Below are positions 17,222 to 26,040 of a DNA stretch of 37,779 nt, one piece after another. A program made the position numbers and the translations under genes. The DNA is taken from the IMG/VR virus record IMGVR_UViG_3300020428_001595, positions 1 through 37,779 of that record. One strand, written 5' to 3'. Origin of the DNA: a virus. Taxonomy: Duplodnaviria > Caudoviricetes. Below the pieces are notes generated by a model. That model saw nothing but the letters and a program-made list of their open reading frames with translations. It did no database searches and was not told the origin of the DNA. How positions within the stretch are numbered: the stretch's first letter is position 1; the number at the start of each line of letters is the position of its first letter.

Positions 17222-17901
17222 TACCTGCACGTCTTGCTAGCACAAGATTTCCAGAAAAAATGTTACATAAGTTAGATGGAATTCCTCTTATTAAAAGAGT
17301 TTATGATGCGTGTAAAGATATGGATATCCCAACATACGTGTTAACAGATTCCATGAAAGTTGCAAAAGCTTCAGGCGCAGCAGCTCTTCTTACTCCAGAA
17401 TGTGAAAATGGAACTGACAGGTGTTGTTATTGGGCTAACACAGATGCTCTTGCTACTAAGTATGATGTAGTTATTAATGTACAAGGAGATCTTCCTGACA
17501 TAAGAAAAGAGCATGTAGAAGCAATAATTGAAGGACTTCAAAAACATAAAGTTTGCACACTTTACTGTGATATTGCTGATAGTAATAGGGACAATCCTAG
17601 CTATGTTAAAGTTGTCCATAACAAGAAGCGAGCAAAATGGTTTGGTAGAGGCATAAGTGGATATGGCCACCATCATATTGGCGTTTATGGATATCACATG
17701 AATGAGATTCGCCAGTATAGAAACCTTAAGAAATTTGAGTGTGAAGATCTCGAGAAACTCGAGCAACTACGTTGGATAATGAACGGCGTTGATATTGGGA
17801 TAACAAAGGTCAAATATAGAGGACGAGAGATAAATACCCCTGAAGATGCTGTGTTATGGAATACGGAACGAGATACACCTCTATCGATTCCCTTCTCATA
17901 A
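17203..17901 (+). CDS. kdsB: CMP-KDO synthetase (3-deoxy-manno-octulosonate cytidylyltransferase)
   Basis: IPARLASTRFPEK, GTDR, INVQGD, HIGVYGY, EKLEQLR, INTPED. Confidence 0.93.
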   Translation: MRPAILIPARLASTRFPEKMLHKLDGIPLIKRVYDACKDMDIPTYVLTDSMKVAKASGAAALLTPECENGTDRCCYWANTDALATKYDVVINVQGDLPDIRKEHVEAIIEGLQKHKVCTLYCDIADSNRDNPSYVKVVHNKKRAKWFGRGISGYGHHHIGVYGYHMNEIRQYRNLKKFECEDLEKLEQLRWIMNGVDIGITKVKYRGREINTPEDAVLWNTERDTPLSIPFS

Positions 17902-17930
17902 AAAAAAGTGAAAAAAAGTGAAAAAAAGTG
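17901..17930 (+). repeat. Three perfect tandem copies of AAAAAAAGTG
   Basis: Seen directly; 10-bp period upstream of a promoter. Confidence 0.95.
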
Positions 17931-17940
17931 CATTTAATGG

Positions 17941-17969
17941 TTTACAATCCATTCGTATTGTGGTATAAT
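17941..17969 (+). promoter_or_regulatory. Strong sigma70-type early promoter
   Basis: TTTACA-17 nt-TATAAT with TGTGG extension and A-tract UP element. Confidence 0.82.
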
Positions 17970-18025
17970 ATACTTATAAAATGAAAAAAGGCAATACTGC
18001 CCCAATTGAAGAAGGAATATAAATT

Positions 18026-18979
18026 ATGGCACACGAAGTTGAAACAATGGCATACGCTGGAGAAACCCCATGGCATGGTCTAGGAGTACCAGTTAATAAC
18101 GATCTTACACCAGAACAGATGATGCAAAAAGCAGGTCTTGACTGGACAGTTCAAAAAGTTGACGCATTTGTAAGAGTTGGTGATCAGGAAATCAGGACAG
18201 GCCAACAGGCACTAGTCAGGTCTTCTGATAACAAAATTCTTACGAACGTTGGTGAGAATTGGAATCCGGTTCAGAATGAAGATGCTTTTAATTTCTTCTC
18301 TGAGTTTGTAATGTCTGGTGATATGGATATGCATACTGCTGGTTCACTTAGAGGTGGCCAAATGGTATGGGCTCTTGCTAAGACTAATGAGTCATTTGAT
18401 GTTTTTGGTGATGATAAAGTAGACTCTTATTTACTTTTCTCAAATCCTCATCAATATGGTAAATCTATTGATGTAAGGTTTACTCCAATCAGAGTAGTTT
18501 GTAATAACACTTTGTCTATGTCTCTTGGTATGGAAGCTGATAAGTCAGTAAGAGTTGGCCATAGAGTTGAGTTTAATGCCGATGAGGTAAAAGAAACTCT
18601 TGGTCTTGCTCATGAAAAATTCCTTGAGTATAAGGAAATGGCTCAGTATCTTGGTTCAAAGAGATACAATATGGAATCCCTCATCCAGTACTACAATGAG
18701 GTTTTCCCAAGAACTTCTCGCGATAAGATCGAAAATGTAGCAAATGCTGACGATCTTTCAAGAGCAGCAAGGCAGGCTTATGATGTTATTGGAACACAGC
18801 CCGGTGCTAAATATGCTGAAGGTTCTTGGTGGCAGGCACTTAATAGTGTCACATATATCACAGACCATGTGCAGGGTAGAGGTGGTGACACCAGACTTTA
18901 CTCAAACTGGTTTGGTGGTAACCAACTTCGCAAGGTAAGAGCTGCGGAGAAAGCGGTTGAGTATGCTAACGCAGCTTAA
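18026..18979 (+). CDS. DUF932/DUF945 family phage/plasmid protein
   Basis: MAHEVETMAY, PWHGLG, AGLDW, TAGSL, TPIRVVCNNTL. Confidence 0.88.
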   Translation: MAHEVETMAYAGETPWHGLGVPVNNDLTPEQMMQKAGLDWTVQKVDAFVRVGDQEIRTGQQALVRSSDNKILTNVGENWNPVQNEDAFNFFSEFVMSGDMDMHTAGSLRGGQMVWALAKTNESFDVFGDDKVDSYLLFSNPHQYGKSIDVRFTPIRVVCNNTLSMSLGMEADKSVRVGHRVEFNADEVKETLGLAHEKFLEYKEMAQYLGSKRYNMESLIQYYNEVFPRTSRDKIENVANADDLSRAARQAYDVIGTQPGAKYAEGSWWQALNSVTYITDHVQGRGGDTRLYSNWFGGNQLRKVRAAEKAVEYANAA

Positions 18980-19106
18980 TTGTTCAACCAACGGGGGTTT
19001 GCTGCCATGGCGGGATTCCCCCACTCGAAAGGAGATGTAGTGAAAGTCGGCATTAGAGGTGGAACAATACTGGAAATCCTCGGTCCGTTCCTGCCGGATA
19101 GCTACG

Positions 19107-19143
19107 ATGCATGGTGGTAATTGCAAGCCACCATGCATTTTTT
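19107..19143 (+). terminator. Intrinsic terminator
   Basis: ATGCATGGTGG...CCACCATGCAT perfect stem followed by a T run. Confidence 0.85.
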
Positions 19144-19145
19144 CC

Positions 19146-19174
19146 TTTACATTAGGTAAGAATTGTGGTATAAT
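19146..19174 (+). promoter_or_regulatory. Sigma70-type early promoter
   Basis: TTTACA-17 nt-TATAAT with TGTGG. Confidence 0.8.
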
Positions 19175-19209
19175 AAGTCTATCTTATTAATGATTATGGA
19201 GAAAGTGAA

Positions 19210-19521
19210 ATGCCAATTATGATGAAAAACAACCGGGAATCAACCTCTTACATTGGGACATTTCAAGTGGGAAATCCTGATGACACTTGTGAATTAGACA
19301 TGGTGAAATCCATGGTGAAATGGTTTAATCAATCAATTCATCCAAAACACAAAGTAAGACTTTGTCTTAGAGGACGTAAACCTAAAACCAAATATAATTA
19401 TCTTGGAGGATATCTCCAAGCGAAATCTAAAGGACCAGTTTCCTATAACCCCTCAGGAAATATAATGGGTGGGATAAAAAATGCCACCGTCCTTGATGCC
19501 TACATTTATAGGCGTGCTTAA
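19210..19521 (+). CDS. Hypothetical early protein
   Basis: Own promoter, GGAG RBS and terminator; ends DAYIYRR. Confidence 0.7.
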   Translation: MPIMMKNNRESTSYIGTFQVGNPDDTCELDMVKSMVKWFNQSIHPKHKVRLCLRGRKPKTKYNYLGGYLQAKSKGPVSYNPSGNIMGGIKNATVLDAYIYRRA

Positions 19522-19567
19522 TTCAAATCGGTGACGTAATCCTTTCCTTTCCTAACGTCACCTGCAA

Positions 19568-19599
19568 GGGAGTGTCACTTAACTGTGCACTCCCTTTTT
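19568..19599 (+). terminator. Intrinsic terminator
   Basis: GGGAGTG(T)CAC...GTGCACTCCC stem followed by TTTTT. Confidence 0.8.
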
Positions 19600-19601
19600 C
19601 T

Positions 19602-19651
19602 TATAAATAGTACAAATAATAATTTACATTCTATAGAAACTGTGGTATAGT
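19602..19651 (+). promoter_or_regulatory. Tandem late promoter (TATAAATA, 19602-19609) and sigma70-type promoter (TTTACA 19623, TATAGT 19646)
   Basis: Both motifs seen directly; 17-nt spacer in the sigma70 site. Confidence 0.7.
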
Positions 19652-19680
19652 TTTCTTAAGTTAATTAATAGGAGCAACTT

Positions 19681-20463
19681 ATGAAAAAATTTCTAGAACT
19701 CTATAAGCTATTCGAAGCTGTAGAGATAAGTGACCTTGATTCTGAATTCCTTAAGAAAGCTATGAAGCTGACTAACTTTAATCTTAGTCCAACTGACTTT
19801 CAAAGTTTGAAGTATAAAAAAGAAATACAGTTCTTATTCAGAACACACTTCTTTCCTGACTTTGATCTTGAGGATTGTCTTGATCAGGTTGATGTTAACA
19901 AGCTCAATAACGTTGTTGCTAAATTGAAAAAAATAGATTCAACAATGTTCACTAAAATGCATCAATATAATCTTAAAGGTATTGGTCCCGGAGAAGCTAC
20001 TCTTTACTTCTTATTGAATAAAGCACATCTTGGCGGCGGTACTTCTGCCGGCGTTGATCTGGTTCACGGATCTTCGAAGTATGAAGTCAAGTCTGTTACT
20101 CTCTCACCGAGTGGATACGTTAAAGATTTTAAGATTGGTGGAACTGAAAACTTAGCAGGGATTATTACTAAGGCAGTAGAGCTTAAGAAGAAGGCTATTA
20201 AGAAGTACACCAATAGAGATACTGAAATCAATAAAACTCAGATTGGTGACATCAAGAAAAAATTTCCAAGAGAGTGGCAGAAGATTGAGAATGAGTATAA
20301 GAATCAAGCTTATAACTATTTTAAAAATCATGACGTTATCTTCATGAACAATAAGACTAAGAAGATTGGAGAGATTATTGCTATTAAGAAAGTTGGGAAG
20401 AAAGATATTGAATTAGAGAATATTACATCTGGAACAGTAAAACCAGCGATCAAGGTGAAGTAA
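19681..20463 (+). CDS. Hypothetical protein with a PD-(D/E)XK nuclease-like motif
   Basis: GIGPGE...GVDL...YEVKS. Confidence 0.55.
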   Translation: MKKFLELYKLFEAVEISDLDSEFLKKAMKLTNFNLSPTDFQSLKYKKEIQFLFRTHFFPDFDLEDCLDQVDVNKLNNVVAKLKKIDSTMFTKMHQYNLKGIGPGEATLYFLLNKAHLGGGTSAGVDLVHGSSKYEVKSVTLSPSGYVKDFKIGGTENLAGIITKAVELKKKAIKKYTNRDTEINKTQIGDIKKKFPREWQKIENEYKNQAYNYFKNHDVIFMNNKTKKIGEIIAIKKVGKKDIELENITSGTVKPAIKVK

Positions 20464-21692
20464 TGCAATCATTCAAAAATTATATCACAGAACAAAAGAA
20501 TACACATATGACTCACATAGAGGACAAGGTCCTTTATGGTGGAGTGAATGGAACTCGCCAAGCAATCAACGCATTGCGTGAATTGAGAAATATGCTAGGA
20601 GGAGTCAAGGATGGGAAAATTTCGGTCAAGTGGGACGGGGCGCCGGCGGTATTCTGCGGCATCGACCCCAGTGATGGAGAGTTCTTTGTTGCTAAAAAAG
20701 GTATCTTCAACGCGAATCCCAAAGTATATAAAACTAACAGTGATATCGATGACGATACTTCTGGTGATCTTAATGCTAAACTTAAATCTGCATTAAAGGA
20801 ATTACCTTCTCTTGGTATAAAAGGAGTTATTCAAGGAGATTTTTTATTTGGACCCGGTGATGTAAAGACAGAAAAAATAAAAGGCCAAAGTTATTTAACT
20901 TTTCACCCGAACACAATTGTATATGCTGTTCCTTCAGATTCTCAAGCGGCTAAAGATATTAAGAAAGCTACTATTGGAATCGTCTGGCACACCACATATA
21001 AAGGATCTACATTTGAATCTATGAAAGCATCTTATGGCGTCAATGTAAAGGGGCTTAAAGCGAGCTCAAAGGTTTGGTCACAAGATGCCATATTACGCGA
21101 TTTAACTAAAGCAACCATGACAGCTAAAGAAACGGAGGAAGTGAATGGACATCTTAGCAATGCAGGTAAAATTTTTAATAAAATTGCAGGAACTACTTTA
21201 CGCCAGCTCGAAGCAAATCAAACACTGGCACAGCACCTTGAAACGTTTAATAACACGTATGTCCGTGAAGGTCAAATTGTTACTAATACAACTAAGCACG
21301 TTTCAAATCTTCTAAAATGGATCGATAAAAAATACCAGAAAGAAGCGGATAAAAGAAAAACAGATAAAGGCAAGAAAGCACAATACGATAAGAGAGATGA
21401 ATTACTTTCTTTCTTTTCACCAGAGAATAAAAAAAGTCTTGTCCAGATCTATGAATTGCAAAAAGTTATCGTTCTTGCAAAATTAAAACTTATAAATATA
21501 CTACAAAGGTTAGGTAATATTGACACCTTTGTTAAAACCAAGCAAGGTTTTAAAGTCACTGGTGCAGAAGGTTACGTAGCCATAGACCAACTTGGTGGTG
21601 ATGCAGTGAAAATTGTTGATCGTATGGAATTTTCATACAATAACTTTTCACCCGATATATTAAAAGGATGGGATAAGCCGGGAAGAAAATGA
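20463..21692 (+). CDS. DUF6267-like conserved T4-like phage protein with ATP-dependent (RNA) ligase-like motifs
   Basis: KNTHMTHIED, VKWDGAPA (KxDG), QGDFL, EGYV, VKIVDR. Confidence 0.7.
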   Translation: MQSFKNYITEQKNTHMTHIEDKVLYGGVNGTRQAINALRELRNMLGGVKDGKISVKWDGAPAVFCGIDPSDGEFFVAKKGIFNANPKVYKTNSDIDDDTSGDLNAKLKSALKELPSLGIKGVIQGDFLFGPGDVKTEKIKGQSYLTFHPNTIVYAVPSDSQAAKDIKKATIGIVWHTTYKGSTFESMKASYGVNVKGLKASSKVWSQDAILRDLTKATMTAKETEEVNGHLSNAGKIFNKIAGTTLRQLEANQTLAQHLETFNNTYVREGQIVTNTTKHVSNLLKWIDKKYQKEADKRKTDKGKKAQYDKRDELLSFFSPENKKSLVQIYELQKVIVLAKLKLINILQRLGNIDTFVKTKQGFKVTGAEGYVAIDQLGGDAVKIVDRMEFSYNNFSPDILKGWDKPGRK

Positions 21693-22057
21693 TAAAGTTT
21701 AAAGACTATAACGACACTTATGATTCGCTAGCTGAAGGCACTTTGACTACAGATGCTTTCGAGGAGTTATCGCTAGCAGGTAGAAGAGCTCTTGCTCGTT
21801 CTGCTAAAAAAAATAGAATGAAACTCGCCCGGGGTCGGAAGATATGGAAGAAGCGAAAAGCTGGTACTTCGCGTATCAATCGTAGAGCTTCACGTCAGGC
21901 CCGATCAGATCTCAAGAAAAAGTTTTCAGGTGGCAGGAAAGTCACCTCAGTTGCCGCCAAAAAGAATTTAGAGCGTAGAGCCAGTAAAATGGGTAATAGA
22001 CTAAAACAACTTTCGCGTATGCAAAGAGCGCCAAAGAGAAGAGCGGATAGACGATAA
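21689..22057 (+). CDS. Very basic Arg/Lys-rich protein, probable internal virion or DNA-binding protein
   Basis: Acidic N-terminal leader followed by an R/K-rich body. Confidence 0.6.
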   Translation: MIKFKDYNDTYDSLAEGTLTTDAFEELSLAGRRALARSAKKNRMKLARGRKIWKKRKAGTSRINRRASRQARSDLKKKFSGGRKVTSVAAKKNLERRASKMGNRLKQLSRMQRAPKRRADRR

Positions 22058-22275
22058 TGTCAGATTCAGTAACAATAGAACAATCCATAGGAACGTTTGA
22101 AGGAACCAAGAATATTAATGTTGGTGGCGGAGAATCTATGGGTGATGTTCAAGCTGGAATTGAATTTATCTATCATATGAGAGAACACTTATTAGACGTA
22201 GGTGTAGCAACTATATATTGTTTAGTTGTATATGCTATTGTCTTATGGTTGAAAAAAAGGTTTAGTAATGATTAA
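22057..22275 (+). CDS. Small membrane protein
   Basis: C-terminal hydrophobic helix followed by KKR. Confidence 0.6.
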   Translation: MSDSVTIEQSIGTFEGTKNINVGGGESMGDVQAGIEFIYHMREHLLDVGVATIYCLVVYAIVLWLKKRFSND

Positions 22276-23521
22276 TAGATTCAGTCAATTCTTAGTAGAA
22301 GAAGAAAAAATTTGCTATTGGACATTTGGAAGAATGAATCCACCTACTATTGGGCATGGAAAATTGCTCGATAAATTAGCGTCAAAGGCGGGAAAAAATA
22401 CAGTTCGAGTATTTTTATCTCAGTCGCAAGATAAAAAGAAAAATCCATTGTCTTATACAGACAAGGTAAAGTTTGCTAGAAAAATGTTTCCAAAGCACGC
22501 ACGAAATATTGTTATTAACAAAAAAGTTAAAACATTTATTGAAGCTGCTCAGTCTTTAGAAAAAGAAGGATTCAAAAAAATAGTCATGATTGTAGGCTCA
22601 GATAGAGTAACACAATTTGATACAGTATTGCAAAAATATAATAAAAAAGATTATAACTTCGAGTCAATTAATGTGGTGTCTGCAGGAGAAAGGGATCCTG
22701 ATTCTGATGGCGCAGAAGGCGCATCAGCAACTAAGCAAAGAGAAGCTGCAAAGGATAATAACTTTGCAACATTTTCTCAAGGATTGCCAAAACAATTCTC
22801 TAATGCAGACGCCAAAAAATTATTTAATGCAGTACGTGCTGGATTAGGCCTTAAAGAACAAACAGAATTTCACCATCATTTAGATTTAGGAAAAAAATCT
22901 GATGTAAGAGAAGAGTATGTTAGTGGAAGCCTTTTTACAGAAGGTGATGAAGTTATTATCAAATCAAAAAATAAGAAAGGTGTCATTGCACATCTTGGAT
23001 CTAATTATGTAATCGTGGAGAGTGAAGGTATGAAATTCAGAAGCTGGCTAGAAGATGTTATAGTTGAAAAATCTTCTCCTCAAGATCCTGACATTAAAGA
23101 TAAAGATGGAACACAGCCTGCAGCCTACCATAAAGGCATTAAAACAAAATCAACAAAATCTAAAAGAGATACGCATTTTAAAAAGAATGCAGATAAAGCT
23201 GATGATGATCCTTCAGCATATAAGCAAGCACCGGGCGATGCGTCTGCAGAAACCAAACCTTCTAAACATACTAAAAAATTTAAAGCTATGTTTGGTGAAT
23301 CAGCCGATGCAGCTATTAAGAAGAAAGCTGAAAAGTCTGGCATGCCACCCGGCATCTTAAAAAAAGTTTATAACAGAGGCGTAGCAGCGTGGAAAGGTGG
23401 ACATCGTCCCGGAACCACACCACAACAGTGGGGACTTGCTCGCGTTAATTCATTCATAACAAAGTCAAGCGGTACTTGGGGTAAGGCCGATAAAGACTTA
23501 GCAGCAAAAGTAAGGGGCTAA
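22268..23521 (+). CDS. Cytidylyltransferase-like nucleotidyltransferase with a C-terminal DUF5824-like domain
   Basis: FGRMNPPTIGH, KNPL, VGSDR, SAGERDPD, SATKQR; C-terminal VYNRGVAAWKGGHRPG...WGLARVNSF. Confidence 0.8.
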   Translation: MINRFSQFLVEEEKICYWTFGRMNPPTIGHGKLLDKLASKAGKNTVRVFLSQSQDKKKNPLSYTDKVKFARKMFPKHARNIVINKKVKTFIEAAQSLEKEGFKKIVMIVGSDRVTQFDTVLQKYNKKDYNFESINVVSAGERDPDSDGAEGASATKQREAAKDNNFATFSQGLPKQFSNADAKKLFNAVRAGLGLKEQTEFHHHLDLGKKSDVREEYVSGSLFTEGDEVIIKSKNKKGVIAHLGSNYVIVESEGMKFRSWLEDVIVEKSSPQDPDIKDKDGTQPAAYHKGIKTKSTKSKRDTHFKKNADKADDDPSAYKQAPGDASAETKPSKHTKKFKAMFGESADAAIKKKAEKSGMPPGILKKVYNRGVAAWKGGHRPGTTPQQWGLARVNSFITKSSGTWGKADKDLAAKVRG

Positions 23522-23523
23522 AC

Positions 23524-24741
23524 ATGAGAGATTTCTTCAAACTACGTGAAAGTATGACCGATTTTACGAATCGAGATTACAAACCGGGTGCTACTGAGCA
23601 GGAAAAACGTAATGCTATTAAGAGAAAAAGAGCAGACGTTGAAGAAGGAACGTGGCATTTGCCAAGTGATAAAAAAGTTGCAGCTATGTTTAAAAAGGCA
23701 ATGATGAAACCTATTATCTTAGGAAACGAAGGTGATGATGCTATTGAAGTTATCGGAGCATTTATAGGAGATGATGAACTATATGACGATATATATGTTG
23801 CAGGAAAGAAAAAGCCAAAAGGTGATGCACGACCAGTTATCAAAAAGGCTATGAAAAGATTAGGAATTGATCCTAAGACATATTTTTGGGCAGGATCAAA
23901 AGAATCTGTTGAAGAAAAGAAAAAAGAAACTCCAGATGAATGGATGAAAAGAACAGGCAAAAAACCTACAAAGGTTAAACCCGGAACAGGCAAAGCTGGT
24001 AAAACAGCAATTAAAAAATTTAAAAAATCTTTTGGAAATATGAAAGACAAAGAAGCTGAAGTGGATGAAGGCAAAGCTTATGGTCCTACTGGAATAGCAT
24101 ATGCTGTTAAGACAGGACACCCCGATGAAGTAGATCCTAAAACCAAGAAAAAATATCCTGAAAGACAAACTCCTAAGTACAAAAAACAATGGGCAAAAAC
24201 TAACAAAGAATCAATTGCCGAAGAATATCCAGATGGATATAGTAATACTTGGAGAGATCGCGAAGGAATGGTCTTTGATAGATTTGATATGCAAGAAGAA
24301 GTAAAAGTAGATGAAGCAACAGACATTTTTAACAAGGGTGGCATACATGTTACTCGATTTGCAATGGGCAAAGGTAAGTTAGGATTTCAATTCAATTTTG
24401 GTAAGATCGGAAGATACATACAGGTTCCATACGAAAAATTATCAGTGCTTGATCAGGCTATTAAGATGGCAAAGAAAGCTGGTAAGTCTGGAAAACAAGG
24501 TGATCTTCCTATTGCTGATGATGTCAATGAAGAAGGCGGTGCCGGATTATTTGGAACTACAGCCTTGAGAAAAAAATATGAAGATGAAACTCCCGGACAA
24601 GGTCAAAGAGAATCTACTGCTGCATATGCCAAGTCTCTAGAAAAGATCGCAAGAGATAAACAACTTGCATCTATATCTGACAAGGATAAGCAAACGCTTA
24701 TGAAGATTGCTGCGATGCTAGCGAAAGAGAAGAAGAAATGA
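23524..24741 (+). CDS. Highly charged modular protein, probable internal head protein
   Basis: K/E-rich modules separated by VEE, VDE, IAE and VNE, which resemble prohead-protease sites. Confidence 0.6.
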   Translation: MRDFFKLRESMTDFTNRDYKPGATEQEKRNAIKRKRADVEEGTWHLPSDKKVAAMFKKAMMKPIILGNEGDDAIEVIGAFIGDDELYDDIYVAGKKKPKGDARPVIKKAMKRLGIDPKTYFWAGSKESVEEKKKETPDEWMKRTGKKPTKVKPGTGKAGKTAIKKFKKSFGNMKDKEAEVDEGKAYGPTGIAYAVKTGHPDEVDPKTKKKYPERQTPKYKKQWAKTNKESIAEEYPDGYSNTWRDREGMVFDRFDMQEEVKVDEATDIFNKGGIHVTRFAMGKGKLGFQFNFGKIGRYIQVPYEKLSVLDQAIKMAKKAGKSGKQGDLPIADDVNEEGGAGLFGTTALRKKYEDETPGQGQRESTAAYAKSLEKIARDKQLASISDKDKQTLMKIAAMLAKEKKK

Positions 24742-25340
24742 TAAAGTTCAAGCATTTTTTAGAAGGTAATGGTCTATGGGCCAATATACATAAGAAGAGA
24801 AAAGAAGGTAGACCTATGCGAAAGCCAGGGTCAAAAGGTGCACCTACTAAAAAAGACTTTGACAGTGCTCGCGGCGAAGGAGTTAATGAGCTTTCTAAAA
24901 ATACTATGAAGCGTTATTTGAAAAAATCTAAAAAGTCTGAAAAAGAATTAATGAAAAAGGCTGATCAGATGCATAAGGATGCTGGTCCTCCACAAGGTAA
25001 AAACTATGGTGATTGGTTATCGAAAAAGTATGCCGCTTCTGCAGTTAGAGACAAAGGATTGAATAGACGAGGCGGTCAGATGATGGCCAAAGCTAAACTT
25101 TCAAAAAAGACTAGAAAAGAAGAAGTTGAAGTAGATGAAAAAAAATCAGAAACATGGGAAGCAGGTTATAAACGTAGAGTAGTTAAAACCACGAGTGATG
25201 AGCATAAAAAAAAAGGCTATAACTGGAGAATCAAAGGTAAAGAAAGACCTGAGATCTCTATAAAATTATATAAAGATAAGCCTTCACAGGCTGAATTTAA
25301 CAAACAAATGAAAAGAGTTGCAGGACATGAATTCGGCTGA
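24738..25340 (+). CDS. Basic modular protein, probable internal head protein
   Basis: MIKFKHFLE leader; GLWANIHKKR...PGSKGAPT module; VNE and VDE sites. Confidence 0.6.
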   Translation: MIKFKHFLEGNGLWANIHKKRKEGRPMRKPGSKGAPTKKDFDSARGEGVNELSKNTMKRYLKKSKKSEKELMKKADQMHKDAGPPQGKNYGDWLSKKYAASAVRDKGLNRRGGQMMAKAKLSKKTRKEEVEVDEKKSETWEAGYKRRVVKTTSDEHKKKGYNWRIKGKERPEISIKLYKDKPSQAEFNKQMKRVAGHEFG

Positions 25341-25701
25341 TAAAACAGTTAAAAGCATTCGAGAAAACATTATCGATAAGATATGTGAAAAGTGTGATGA
25401 ACAACTCTATGGTGATTTAGAACTAACCGAAGCTGAGCATGAAGGAAGAAAGGTTACATTAAACGATCCTATTCGAACATCCGAAAACAAGAATAAAAAG
25501 TTTAAAGTATATGTTATGGGACCAAAAGGTAAGGTAGTAGTGGTAAGGTTTGGAGATCCAAATCTAAGCATTAAAAGAGATGATCCAGCGCGTCGTAAAT
25601 CTTTTAGAGCTCGTCATAATTGCGATAATCCAGGGCCTAAGTGGAAAGCGAGATATTGGTCATGTTATCAATGGAGAGCAAGCGCTAAAGTAGACAACTA
25701 G
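25318..25701 (+). CDS. Conserved phage hypothetical protein
   Basis: VRFGDPN...PARRKSFRARHNC...ARYWSC motif. Confidence 0.7.
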   Translation: MQDMNSADKTVKSIRENIIDKICEKCDEQLYGDLELTEAEHEGRKVTLNDPIRTSENKNKKFKVYVMGPKGKVVVVRFGDPNLSIKRDDPARRKSFRARHNCDNPGPKWKARYWSCYQWRASAKVDN

Positions 25702-25714
25702 AAAGTTTTAATTA

Positions 25715-26026
25715 ATGGGAACACAAAAAATGGTAACAACACCACGCACTACACAAGCTCAGCGATTAGATCGTATTGAGGAAAAAATAGATAGACTGTC
25801 AGAAGTGATGATTACTATGGCACGAGCAGAGGAGAAGATTACGAATCTGTCAACAGATCACGATAAGATGTATGATAGGATAAACAAATTATCTGTGAAA
25901 TTGGATGATATTGAAGAAAAAGTCATCCAGAATACGCAAACAACTGCGACTATTCATAAGCTATTTTGGATTGTAGTTGCAGCCGCATCGGCTGCTATTG
26001 CAGGCCAAATTTTTAACTGGTTTTAA
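25715..26026 (+). CDS. Coiled-coil protein with a C-terminal membrane anchor
   Basis: Heptad pattern RLDRIEEKIDRL; terminal LFWIVVAAASAAIAG. Confidence 0.7.
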   Translation: MGTQKMVTTPRTTQAQRLDRIEEKIDRLSEVMITMARAEEKITNLSTDHDKMYDRINKLSVKLDDIEEKVIQNTQTTATIHKLFWIVVAAASAAIAGQIFNWF

Positions 26027-26040
26027 TAAAGGAGTCAATT

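Noticed and set aside
17901-17930. Possible CRISPR-like repeat
   Set aside because: 10-bp direct tandem repeats with no spacers.
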